Assembly: GCA_947499305.1 (NCBI GenBank)
Contig: CANMNN010000016.1
Location: 8,614-72,613 of the forward strand
DNA from: an uncultured Arenicella sp.
GTDB taxonomy: Bacteria; Pseudomonadota; Gammaproteobacteria; Arenicellales; Arenicellaceae
DNA: 64,000 nucleotides
Direction of reading: 5' to 3'
The notes under the pieces were generated by a model. That model did no database searches. It saw nothing but the letters and a program-made list of their open reading frames with translations, and was not told the DNA's origin. Position 1 is the stretch's first letter; every line of letters begins with the position of its first letter. This document shows positions 38,024 through 47,258 of this stretch, one piece after another. The position numbers and the translations under genes are program-made.

Positions 38024-38199
38024 AGTATTTCCCTCGTTTTATCTATACATAACAGCTCTTGCTATTAACTTAGATGCGAGAATTGATGTTTTGGATTCAA
38101 CTTCAAGGAATTTTGTTGCGGTGACTCGCGATGCTGCATATAGCTTCAAGCTGTACTCGTTTACAAAACTAACTCGTCTCACCTGCTATTGTTAAGCTT

Positions 38200-38745
38200 A
38201 TGACCTCTATCACAAAACATTTTTGCGCTACGATTTTAATTCTCAGCCTTTCCGCCTGCGCTACTCGCGCGCCAATGCCAACGGTAGAGTCGGTAGAACT
38301 TAGTCGATTCATGGGCGATTGGTTTGTTGTTGGTAATATCCCCACGTTTATCGAACGCGACGCTTATAACGCCGTAGAGACGTATGCGATGGACGACGAT
38401 GGCAATATTCCGACTACGTTTACTTTTAATAAAGGCAGTTTTGATGGCCCATTAAAAACCTATAAGCCCAAGGGTTTTATCAAAGACACCACGAACAATT
38501 CTATGTGGGGTATGCAGTTTATTTGGCCCATCAAAGCAGACTATAGAATCGTGTACTTAAGTGACGACTATCAGCAAACAATCATCGGCCGTAAGGCTCG
38601 CGACTATGTATGGCTAATGGCTCGAACTCCCACTTTAAGTGATGACGACTACAATGCACTTGTACAAAAGACGAAGAGCCTTGGTTATGATGTGAGCAAG
38701 ATCCGCAAAGTGCCGCAGCAGAGTTTGGTGGAACGTAATAAATAG
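38200..38745 (+). CDS. Bacterial lipocalin lipoprotein (Blc family)
   Basis: Lipobox LSAC; RFMGDWFVVG (lipocalin GxW motif); YRIVYL, DYVWLMARTP. Confidence 0.9.
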   Translation: MTSITKHFCATILILSLSACATRAPMPTVESVELSRFMGDWFVVGNIPTFIERDAYNAVETYAMDDDGNIPTTFTFNKGSFDGPLKTYKPKGFIKDTTNNSMWGMQFIWPIKADYRIVYLSDDYQQTIIGRKARDYVWLMARTPTLSDDDYNALVQKTKSLGYDVSKIRKVPQQSLVERNK

Positions 38746-38967
38746 AAACTCAATTTGAGTGCTTAAGTAAACGCAGAGCGATTATCGTCAATATAGGTTA
38801 AGGTATGATTGATTCGAAAGTCCGAATCGATTACATAAATACTGGGCGCAGATGTTATGCTAGATCATCGCTGAATTGACACAAGGAAGCCGTGTCTCAG
38901 TCGCTAATAATGGTGGCCCTAAGCGAGCCCACTATGAACATTAATCATCATCGCAGGGAGCACATAT

Positions 38968-39828
38968 ATGATGAAGTCATTAATACTTGTTTTTGTTTTA
39001 TACACCACTAGTACCCTTACTACTTTGGCAGATGAACCCCCGTTTTCATTTTTGTTAGCAAGCAGTTTCGACCCCAACAGGCATTCGCTTGATGACTATC
39101 TTATAAGTGAAAAGTTAGACGGCGTTAGAGCGTATTGGAATGGCGAATCTCTTGTGTCTCGAGGTGGGCACCGTTTTGCCGCACCGACATGGTTTTTGAA
39201 CGCGTTACCCAATATGCCTTTAGATGGGGAACTTTGGGGCGGTAGACAAACATTTGATGAAGTGTCCGGGATTGTGCGTCGAAGTCGGCCACACGAAGGT
39301 TGGCACAAGGTAAGATTCATGGTTTTTGAGTTGCCTCATGCTGGTGGCGAATTTTTAAGTCGCTATCAAGCTTTGCGGAAATTGCACGCTCAGCATGGAA
39401 ATCAAATTTGGCAAATTGTTGAGCAGAAAGAGGCGCCGAATAGCTTGGCGGGCCTTCAAGCCTTGTTGATAGAAATGGATGCCCAAGGCAGCGAAGGCCT
39501 AATGTTAAAATCGAAAATGGCTGCCTATCAAGGCGGTCGATCTGATGACTTATTAAAAGTCAAACTGCGCAACGATGCTGAAGCTCTGGTCGTAGCCCAT
39601 CATAAAGGCAAAGGACGTTTATCGGATGTTATGGGGAGTATCACAGTGCAGATGCCTAATGGCATCCTCTTCAAAATTGGTTCTGGGTTTAGTGATGTAC
39701 AACGCAAGAATCCGCCGGCAATCGGCACATCAGTAACGTATAAGTACAACGGCTTAACTAAAAATGGTAAGCCGAGGTTTCCAATTTTTTGGCGAGTTAG
39801 ACGATCACAATCCAGCACACCCGATTGA
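38968..39828 (+). CDS. Minimal ATP-dependent DNA ligase with signal peptide (LigE type)
   Basis: SEKLDGVRAYWNG (motif I), LDGELW, EGLMLK, LLKVK, OB domain FKIGSGFSD...TYKY...PRFP; hydrophobic N-terminus. Confidence 0.93.
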   Translation: MMKSLILVFVLYTTSTLTTLADEPPFSFLLASSFDPNRHSLDDYLISEKLDGVRAYWNGESLVSRGGHRFAAPTWFLNALPNMPLDGELWGGRQTFDEVSGIVRRSRPHEGWHKVRFMVFELPHAGGEFLSRYQALRKLHAQHGNQIWQIVEQKEAPNSLAGLQALLIEMDAQGSEGLMLKSKMAAYQGGRSDDLLKVKLRNDAEALVVAHHKGKGRLSDVMGSITVQMPNGILFKIGSGFSDVQRKNPPAIGTSVTYKYNGLTKNGKPRFPIFWRVRRSQSSTPD

Positions 39829-39866
39829 TAGCGAGCGACAATAGTGCTTTGTCAATTCTTCTAACC

Positions 39867-41090
39867 CTATGCCCGACACATGGAACAAGCGGAGTCTTTA
39901 ATAAACAGCGCCATCTTTTTTCTATTCACAAGGGGCGCAATGATTAGTTTATGTGAGTCATCGCTGTTTAAACCGCCGAAATAGAGATCATAACCAATGT
40001 CTTCGAGTTGGCTTGCATAGCAGCGTAAGTGCTCGGCCTCAGTAATGCCTGCTTCTTTTGGAATGACTGACGTGTCTGGTAGCGTTAAGCCTTTGGCTAC
40101 CTTTGCTAATTGCGATTGAACTGCGAAATCAATATCGCCTGTTATCGTTGCCTTCCAATCAACTGAGAAAATGGGCCAATCAGTCGGCGTGTCATTCGGT
40201 GTCGCGTCCACTAAGGCATTGAACAATTCTTCTGCGCTTGGATGGTCTACCTCAAGATTCTCAAACGCATTTTTCAAGGCTTGTTTCGCCTTCGTCTTAG
40301 CCGAAGTATGCACCGCCAAGTTGGCCAGCCTAGCATAAGCGCCTATTGCTTTTCTGCAGTCGAATGACTTTCGTACTATTTCATCTACAGGGTTGAGAAT
40401 TGCGCCTTGTTGCGCTGCGTCGCTCTCGCTTGGTCTAGCGGCGTTGGTCTCACGCTCGGCAGCCATTTCTGTCATCAGCCCTAGGCCCTCTACTTCAGAA
40501 ATAAATGGTTCAGGTCGAGAAGACTTAGGAGCAAAAGAAAACGTTGCAAACGACAATACGCACTCGCGAAATTGTTCAGCGTTCATCGCCTTAATATTGC
40601 CGCTATATCCTTCTGGAGGGCTGAAATAAAAAGAGCCGCTATAGCCTCCCTTCACCTTTCCATAACAGACTACCGATGTTTCCCTTGGGTCAAAGTTGAC
40701 TTCGTAGCAGTTCGGGTCGACAAAATCTTTGAGTCGCGTTTCTTCTAGGTGATACTTACCGAGGAGTGATACATCTGCGTGTTGAACTCGAATAAAGGCC
40801 GAGTAACCGTCGTAGTTATAGGTGCCAGCCTGCTCGTTCCAAGAAGTAGCTTGGCAAATATCAAATAGAACGGGCCCATCGCCTGCCTGCCTAAATTCAA
40901 AGTCAGCATCGGTCTGATCTTGATCTTCGAGCTTCCTGTATGAGATCTCAAGCTCTGGAAAAGCGACCTTCATTGCGCTTTGAAAATAAGGTAAATGCGG
41001 TAAGGAAAATCCCAAAATACTGTAATAGTTGACGTCCAATTTCATTGTCGGGCTAGAAGAAAAAATGTAGGGAATCCAAATATTAAACAA
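39867..41090 (-). CDS. Hypothetical protein (probable start 41045)
   Basis: Long ORF with no confident family; C-terminal VDWK...YASQLEDIGY segment. Confidence 0.7.
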   Translation of the reverse strand: MFNIWIPYIFSSSPTMKLDVNYYSILGFSLPHLPYFQSAMKVAFPELEISYRKLEDQDQTDADFEFRQAGDGPVLFDICQATSWNEQAGTYNYDGYSAFIRVQHADVSLLGKYHLEETRLKDFVDPNCYEVNFDPRETSVVCYGKVKGGYSGSFYFSPPEGYSGNIKAMNAEQFRECVLSFATFSFAPKSSRPEPFISEVEGLGLMTEMAAERETNAARPSESDAAQQGAILNPVDEIVRKSFDCRKAIGAYARLANLAVHTSAKTKAKQALKNAFENLEVDHPSAEELFNALVDATPNDTPTDWPIFSVDWKATITGDIDFAVQSQLAKVAKGLTLPDTSVIPKEAGITEAEHLRCYASQLEDIGYDLYFGGLNSDDSHKLIIAPLVNRKKMALFIKDSACSMCRA

Positions 41091-41208
41091 AATTTTTTGA
41101 AGTTGAAATGGTCAATTTATGAATTTCGCACCCTCAACTTATTTAGGTAAAGCCTTTAGGTTAAAACTAACTTTAACAAATCGCTTCTGTAGCAATCCCT
41201 AAGGTCAG

Positions 41209-41796
41209 TCACTTTTCTAAGCGAAGCCCATTAATAAACTGACGTACAGAGGCTTCTTGTTTGGCAATCGAGGTTGCCGGCTCGCGATACAAGTTAGCTA
41301 AAGCTGCTTCGGCTAGCAGTGAGTTCAAAAGTCTAGCCGTTAACTCTATCGAAGCGACTTCAATTTCACCAGCCTCAACCGCGCGTTTGATGCTGCGGAT
41401 CATTAAGCCTAAGCTTGTTTTCGATTCGAGTTGCCTCGAATGTTTCCAACCTAATACCTGAGGGCCAAGATCGAGGAGTATCTTGGCGATATTCGGTTTT
41501 CTCACAGCTTTCAACCAAGCTAAGCTGGCCGAAATTAAGTCATCTACCGGTGACTCTCCAAGCGCTCCGTGTGCTACGGCTGCATCAATCGACTGTATAG
41601 ATGTAGAAATGAAAACAGCCTCAAACAACTCTTGTTTGCTTTTGAAGTGATGGTATAGGGCTCCGCGCGAAAGTCCTGCCTGCTCCAAGATGTCGCCGGT
41701 ATGGGTGCCTTCATATCCGTTGCGGGCAAAGTGCTCTCGTGCCACTGTAATTAATTTCGCGCGAGTCGCTTCGCGCCGTTCTTGGTTAGTTGCCAT
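41209..41796 (-). CDS. TetR/AcrR family transcriptional regulator
   Basis: HTH AREHFARNGYEGT...ILEQAGLSRGALYHHFKSKQELF. Confidence 0.95.
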   Translation of the reverse strand: MATNQERREATRAKLITVAREHFARNGYEGTHTGDILEQAGLSRGALYHHFKSKQELFEAVFISTSIQSIDAAVAHGALGESPVDDLISASLAWLKAVRKPNIAKILLDLGPQVLGWKHSRQLESKTSLGLMIRSIKRAVEAGEIEVASIELTARLLNSLLAEAALANLYREPATSIAKQEASVRQFINGLRLEK

Positions 41797-41806
41797 AATC
41801 TACTTT

Positions 41807-41861
41807 ACAAACTCTGTGTCGGTTTGTTATTTTAGCTAAAATTAACCGACACAGTGTCGGT
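41807..41861. promoter_or_regulatory. Two TetR-type operators in the divergent promoter
   Basis: ACCGACAC-A-GTGTCGGT palindrome (41845-41861) and a 14/17 match ACAAACTCTGTGTCGGT (41807-41823), flanking palindrome ATTTTAGCTAAAAT. Confidence 0.75.
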
Positions 41862-41914
41862 ATTGTTGTCTAAATCAGAATTTGCTAATGAAATATCAGC
41901 AAAAAAATTAGGAG

Positions 41915-42337
41915 ATGGCTATGAGTATCGTAAGAACGTTAAAGAACAATGCGCTTTGGGTGTTCTATTTTCTATTCGCGATTATCGCGATAGGCACTCA
42001 TGAGGGAGAGCCTGTATTTTCAATCGCCGGTCCGTATGGTTGGGGTAAAGCAGTAGCATGGGCTTTGCTCGCAGTTTTCTTGCTATATAGCTTGTATTGC
42101 TCGAGAAAAGAAAACTTTTTTAAAACAATGCGCACCCTATTGCCATACTATTGGTTCCGTCAGGTTAGCTATGATCTCTATATTGGGGTCTTTATGACCC
42201 TATGCTTAATCTACTTCAATGAAGGTTCGCTGCTTATTGTTGCGCTATGGTTTATGCCAATTTTGGTAATGGCGAATCTCGCCACGCTGTTGTACGTAGC
42301 ACTAAACTATCAATCGCTTGTTGCACACTTCGTGTAA
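41915..42337 (+). CDS. Small 4-TM membrane protein, probable TetR target
   Basis: Hydrophobic 140-aa ORF with AGGAG RBS, divergent from tetR. Confidence 0.75.
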   Translation: MAMSIVRTLKNNALWVFYFLFAIIAIGTHEGEPVFSIAGPYGWGKAVAWALLAVFLLYSLYCSRKENFFKTMRTLLPYYWFRQVSYDLYIGVFMTLCLIYFNEGSLLIVALWFMPILVMANLATLLYVALNYQSLVAHFV

Positions 42338-42403
42338 GGGTAAGTCTGGCGTCAGTAAAGAACTTATCGAGCGCGCTCAATTTTTCTCCGACTCCAATTA
42401 CCT

Positions 42404-42946
42404 ATGAGTAGAATACTTATTAATCGATTTAAAAGAATCCCATCACTATTGTTGATGTTGCTACTGTATTTTTCTTCCGCAAAGTTTGCTTTCGCCGACA
42501 GCACATATTACTTGGTACGACATGCTGAGAAACAGAAAGACGGTACTCAAGACCCTGCGCTTACACACCAAGGCGAAAAGCGAGCTGAGCTTCTGGCAAA
42601 ACAATTATCGCTTGCCGATATCGTTAAAATCTATTCCACAGACTACAAACGTACTCAAGCAACAGCTAAGCCTTTGGCCGACTTACTTGGTTTAGAAATT
42701 GCGCCGTACGATCCGCGTCAACTGAAAGAGTTTGCTAAAACACTCAGCCAAGAAGACGGAAATATCTTGATAGTAGGCCATAGCAACACCACACCGGTTT
42801 TAGCTGAAATACTCAGCGGGATCGCGGTCGATTCTATGGAAGAGACTGAATATGAAAACCTGTATCAAGTAGTGATCATCGACGGCAAAGCAAGGCTAAG
42901 CCATTTTCGAATATTTCCGATGGGAGGCGACTCTTCTAGCAATTAA
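42404..42946 (+). CDS. Exported histidine phosphatase (phosphoglycerate mutase superfamily)
   Basis: YYLVRHAEK, STDYKRTQAT, LIVGHSNT; signal peptide. Confidence 0.88.
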   Translation: MSRILINRFKRIPSLLLMLLLYFSSAKFAFADSTYYLVRHAEKQKDGTQDPALTHQGEKRAELLAKQLSLADIVKIYSTDYKRTQATAKPLADLLGLEIAPYDPRQLKEFAKTLSQEDGNILIVGHSNTTPVLAEILSGIAVDSMEETEYENLYQVVIIDGKARLSHFRIFPMGGDSSSN

Positions 42947-42959
42947 TTATGGCGAGAGG

Positions 42960-44093
42960 TTAAACGCGAGAAAGACAGTTTATGAGCTGATTAATCTCTT
43001 CGACACTATTGTAAATATGTGGCGACAGTCGCATGCCATATTGGCGGCTATCAAAATGTATGCCGTTTGCCAGCATACGTTGCTCAATAGAATCTTGGTC
43101 GGCTAATTTTAAAACAATGGTTCCGCCCCTGAGCGTGTGATCGAGAGGCGACGAAATGCATTCATCAGGCACGGCCGACCGAACACGATCTGATAATTCG
43201 CGATTGTGTTTTTGAATGTCAGAGATACCAATCGTGTTTATGAGTTCAATGCTATTGCTCGCAGCGATACACGCCGCCACCGAAGGCGTGCCGCCCCAAA
43301 AGCGAGCGGCGCTTTGATGATACTTGAAATTATCGATATTGAACTCGAAGGGGTTTTGGTGAGAGAACCAGCCGACGTCGGCTGGCTTGAGCTCATCTAC
43401 AAGGCTTCGTCGTACCCATAGGAATCCGGCACCTGGTCCACCACACAACCACTTGATGCACGAGCCGACCACTATATCGGCATCCAGTTCAGTTAGATCG
43501 ATAGGCACAATACCTGCTGATTGAGCAACATCTATTATGCTGGTGATACCGAGTTGTTTGCTTATTTTGGTAATCTTTTCAATCGGCGTTTTAGCATTGG
43601 TATTATACAAAACATGAGTTAGGAATACGCTGTGGACATCGCTCGTCAATGCTTGCTCCCATACATCGAGCGATTGCAGGTCGGCCGTTTTGGGAATCAA
43701 TTTTAAGGTGTATCCCAGGCGTTCAGCTTGCTGTAGTACAAAACCCGCTGACGGGAAGTCACTCTCGCTCGCAACGATAACGCTTCGCCCTTTACGCTTT
43801 GGTAGCGATTGAATTACTTTGGTCAAACCGCTCGACACATTACTCTGTGGGCAAAACAAATCGGCGTCAGAGTTGAATAGTGTTGCCAGTGATTCGTTGA
43901 ACTTTTCAATTGCCCCTAGCCATTTTGGCCAAGTGCCTTGGTCAGCCGATTTCCAGGGCATTAGATATTGCTCTTCTAAATAGCGGCTTGTTGAGCGAGG
44001 CATTAGTCCAATAGAGTGTGTCAGAAAGTAAGCTCCTTCGGGTCTATTAAACTGTGCAGAATAATCTAGGGGTTCGTTTTTAGATGTTGGCAT
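42960..44093 (-). CDS. Class V PLP enzyme, kynureninase-like
   Basis: YFLTHSIGLMP, FPS, IDVAQSAG, GSCIKWLCGGPG (PLP Lys), GWFSH, GGTP, RGG. Confidence 0.8.
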   Translation of the reverse strand: MPTSKNEPLDYSAQFNRPEGAYFLTHSIGLMPRSTSRYLEEQYLMPWKSADQGTWPKWLGAIEKFNESLATLFNSDADLFCPQSNVSSGLTKVIQSLPKRKGRSVIVASESDFPSAGFVLQQAERLGYTLKLIPKTADLQSLDVWEQALTSDVHSVFLTHVLYNTNAKTPIEKITKISKQLGITSIIDVAQSAGIVPIDLTELDADIVVGSCIKWLCGGPGAGFLWVRRSLVDELKPADVGWFSHQNPFEFNIDNFKYHQSAARFWGGTPSVAACIAASNSIELINTIGISDIQKHNRELSDRVRSAVPDECISSPLDHTLRGGTIVLKLADQDSIEQRMLANGIHFDSRQYGMRLSPHIYNSVEEINQLINCLSRV

Positions 44094-44102
44094 TGTGGTC
44101 CC

Positions 44103-45386
44103 CTAGTTTCCGGTTAAGCTGCTGCGCAGTCGTTCGAGGTCATGATAACGAGTCGCCAAGCCATCTACCCTGGCGGCACTGCGTAAGTCACATAATTTTT
44201 TTAGGCCTTTAAGCATTACTGGTAACGGAGGCCCGCTTGCGGTTAGGTCAGGTTTTTCTGTGAGCTCGGCTTTTTCGGCTGGCTCTTCAATAAACTTGCT
44301 GATCAGCATGTGATGATGCTGCAGGGCGGTCTCTCCGTGCGCCTCGCAAACATCAATAAACGCGGCGAGGTTTCTCTGGTACCAGCGCTCATTGTTTTCA
44401 TCGGCTTGCAGGCTGGTTAAAAAATCATCCATCAAACTGCTACGCCTCATGCAGTCTCGTAGTGTGAGTTGATCTTCAGGGCGCATGAACAAAAATTTAT
44501 CGACCAATAGTTGAGAATAATAGGCGTCATCAGCGCGGCATAATCCAAGCAGCAGATCTATTGCGTTAATACCTGCGAAGTCGCCCGCGTTAGCGCCACG
44601 ATATTCTTGGCGGCCGACTGTGTGCGGTTTGTAGTAGGGTCGTACATTATAGAAAAAGCGATCCCTATCCAGTGATTCAAACAGCGCGTTATTGTTGCTG
44701 ACAACGTCCTCTAGTGAAGATTTAGCAACCTTTAAAAGATCCAAGGTAACGGGGTGGGAGATACCCAGTGGTAAGATGTGCAGTAGCGCTTCTGAGGCGC
44801 GAATAAACGCAAACACACCGCGCGTGTTGTACTCTAAGAACAGTTGTTCGTCCTCTAAATTCGTGAACGATTTATACACGCCGTTCAAGGCCATGTTGTG
44901 TGTTTCAAGATGCGCGGAGGCAAAGCGAGGCACCACTCCTAATGACGCACCAAGTTGTAAGGACAGTGCGGAAGCCTCGTGGAGGCGCGCGCTAAATTGT
45001 GGCGTGCTCTCAGCGCTGATTTCATGTCGACGACACGCCGCCATAAAAAAACCAACATTGCCCAAGAGGTCGAAGCCCGAATCAAAGCCTTCGTCAGTAT
45101 TGCCTTCTTTGAGCAGCGACTCAATGAGCGCTCCTCCTTGAGTGACTAGCTCATGCTTCAACTTAAGACCGATCTCCGAAACGTCCGTGAACGAATCGTG
45201 CTCGGCATATTGCTGTTCTAGCTCAGTATTAAGTTCTTTGAATTCTGAACGAATCCATCGATCAAGTTTTCTTGAATTAGAGCTAGTAGAGATATTGCTG
45301 AGGTTTGCGACCATGATCTTTGTAGTAGCTCGCTGATTATAGTGTTGGTATGGACCATAAGAGCTTAACAACAAGAGCGGAGACAC
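44103..45386 (-). CDS. PrnB / indoleamine-2,3-dioxygenase-like heme protein (probable start 45314)
   Basis: FFYNVRPYYKP, YRGANAGDFAG, QHHHMLISKFI (candidate proximal His), TASGPPL, matching the PrnB/IDO fold pattern. Confidence 0.75.
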   Translation of the reverse strand: MSPLLLLSSYGPYQHYNQRATTKIMVANLSNISTSSNSRKLDRWIRSEFKELNTELEQQYAEHDSFTDVSEIGLKLKHELVTQGGALIESLLKEGNTDEGFDSGFDLLGNVGFFMAACRRHEISAESTPQFSARLHEASALSLQLGASLGVVPRFASAHLETHNMALNGVYKSFTNLEDEQLFLEYNTRGVFAFIRASEALLHILPLGISHPVTLDLLKVAKSSLEDVVSNNNALFESLDRDRFFYNVRPYYKPHTVGRQEYRGANAGDFAGINAIDLLLGLCRADDAYYSQLLVDKFLFMRPEDQLTLRDCMRRSSLMDDFLTSLQADENNERWYQRNLAAFIDVCEAHGETALQHHHMLISKFIEEPAEKAELTEKPDLTASGPPLPVMLKGLKKLCDLRSAARVDGLATRYHDLERLRSSLTGN

Positions 45387-45506
45387 ATCGGCTATTTGAA
45401 ACCAGGGAAAATACTAATATTGGCATAATCAACTAATTATTAACCAATTAAAGAACTATTATGTCAATTACTGAGTCAGTCAACTATGATTCAACCCTAG
45501 ATTTTA

Positions 45507-45986
45507 TTGAGCTATGAACGCAATATGGACCAAATAGATAGAACGATTTTGCGGCATTTACAAACTGACGCACGAATATCAAATGCCGAGTTGGCTGAGC
45601 GCGTCAATTTATCGCCAACGCCTTGTTTGCGGCGCGTTAAGCGGCTTGAAAGCTCTGGTGTGATCAAAGGCTATGAAACCCAATTAGATCTAAAAAAGAT
45701 TGGCCTTTCTATTTCAGCACTTGTTTTTGTTCAGCTTACAATCAATAGCACTGAGAACGCTGCGAAGTTTGAACAAGCCGTAAAGTCAATTAGGCGCGTT
45801 CAGGAATGTTCAGTCCTAGCCGGTACCTACGACTACTTACTGCAAGTAGTGGCGTTAGACTTAGCCGACTATGAGAAGCTGATTAAGGGTGAGCTAGCGA
45901 ATATACCCAATATCAAAAATTTGGAGTCCACTATTGTGCTAAACCAATTGGATGTAAATTTCTCTCCGCCTTTTGCTGAAAACTAA
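45507..45986 (+). CDS. Lrp/AsnC family regulator (probable start 45525)
   Basis: MDQIDRTILRHLQTDARISNAELAERVNLSPTPCLRRVKRLE; GTYDYLL. Confidence 0.95.
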   Translation: MSYERNMDQIDRTILRHLQTDARISNAELAERVNLSPTPCLRRVKRLESSGVIKGYETQLDLKKIGLSISALVFVQLTINSTENAAKFEQAVKSIRRVQECSVLAGTYDYLLQVVALDLADYEKLIKGELANIPNIKNLESTIVLNQLDVNFSPPFAEN

Positions 45987-46135
45987 ATCGGGGAAGGCTT
46001 GCGTATCGATACACAACTACTCGTTTTGAATGTTGATCAGGGACTGCTTAAAACGTAACAAAAATTTTCTATAATTAGGGCGAGAATTCTAATCGTTCTT
46101 AATAGAATAGCGCCTTGTAAGAAACAACGAATCTA

Positions 46136-47014
46136 GTGTGTAGTATGAGTTCCGAAGCAGCCCAACTTTCTGAGCACCCAGCAAATCAAGTTCGCCTGCG
46201 CTCGCGACCATGTGTGGGTATAAAAGATCAAGATATTACCTCGTACTCGTTTTTGCAGCGTGCGTTGTTGTTCTCCGAACTGTCGATGATCGCCTACTTA
46301 CCGCAGCGTGAGGCTTTGGCCGCCGCATCTCGTATAGGCTTTACTGAAACACACTTCTACAATAACGATGGTTCACAGGCGTATTCGTTCGCGAATGATC
46401 GAGATATTGTGATCGCATTTCGAGGAACCGAGCCCAACGAGTGGAACGATATTAAGGCAGACATGGATGCGACGAAAGCACTGGCGGAAACGGTAGGTCA
46501 TGTTCATCGAGGTTTTAAGAAAGAGGTCGACGACCTTTGGCCTCAGCTAGAAGAAATGCTAGTGGCTAACAAAACCAACCTGGCCAAAAAATTATGGTTT
46601 ACGGGTCATTCGTTAGGGGGAGCGATGGCATCAATTTGCGCGGGGCGTTGCTTACTGTCCCACATCGACACTCAGCCTGAGCAAGTACACACCTTTGGCA
46701 GCCCTAGAGTGGGCACCAAACGTTACATTAATCATGCAAAAATAGACTACTACCGATGGGTTAACAATAACGACATCGTTCCAAAGTCACCACCAGCATG
46801 GTTGGGCTATCGGCACTCTGGTGAAGAGGTGTACCTAGACTCCAACGGTAAAATTAAAAACCTTAACGCAGTAGAACGCAGAACTGACATGTGGAAAGGT
46901 TTGGTCGCCGGCTTCAAGCGTAAGCAATTAGACTATTTTAGCGACCACTCTATAGACCTCTACGTAGAGAATATTTACCGAGAAGCTGAGAAAGAAGCGA
47001 GCCTAACTCGCTAG
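46136..47014 (+). CDS. Class 3 lipase
   Basis: IAFRGTE, VHRGF, TGHSLGG, TFGSPRVG, DIVPKSP, terminal DH. Confidence 0.9.
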   Translation: MCSMSSEAAQLSEHPANQVRLRSRPCVGIKDQDITSYSFLQRALLFSELSMIAYLPQREALAAASRIGFTETHFYNNDGSQAYSFANDRDIVIAFRGTEPNEWNDIKADMDATKALAETVGHVHRGFKKEVDDLWPQLEEMLVANKTNLAKKLWFTGHSLGGAMASICAGRCLLSHIDTQPEQVHTFGSPRVGTKRYINHAKIDYYRWVNNNDIVPKSPPAWLGYRHSGEEVYLDSNGKIKNLNAVERRTDMWKGLVAGFKRKQLDYFSDHSIDLYVENIYREAEKEASLTR

Positions 47015-47258
47015 TCAAGCCTGCTGTGAATAGTAATTCTTGCAAGATAGTAAAAGGGTGCTATCAGGCATGGTGAAGTTGCTTCTCTGAACCGTCCTTG
47101 ATCTAACCGTTATGAAGTTTGACGGATTTGAATCCAAAAACTCGGTTTCTGCATCTAAGCTTCTATGAAGCTTATGCATGACTTACTTTAAGTAGGTCAT
47201 GCATCGGCATGTAAGCTCACAGCATGATCTAAGGGCATCCCTAATTCAGGAGAACGCA

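Noticed and set aside
44103-45386. Pyrrolnitrin biosynthesis cluster
   Set aside because: No PrnA/PrnC halogenases or PrnD nearby; the neighbours point to Trp catabolism.
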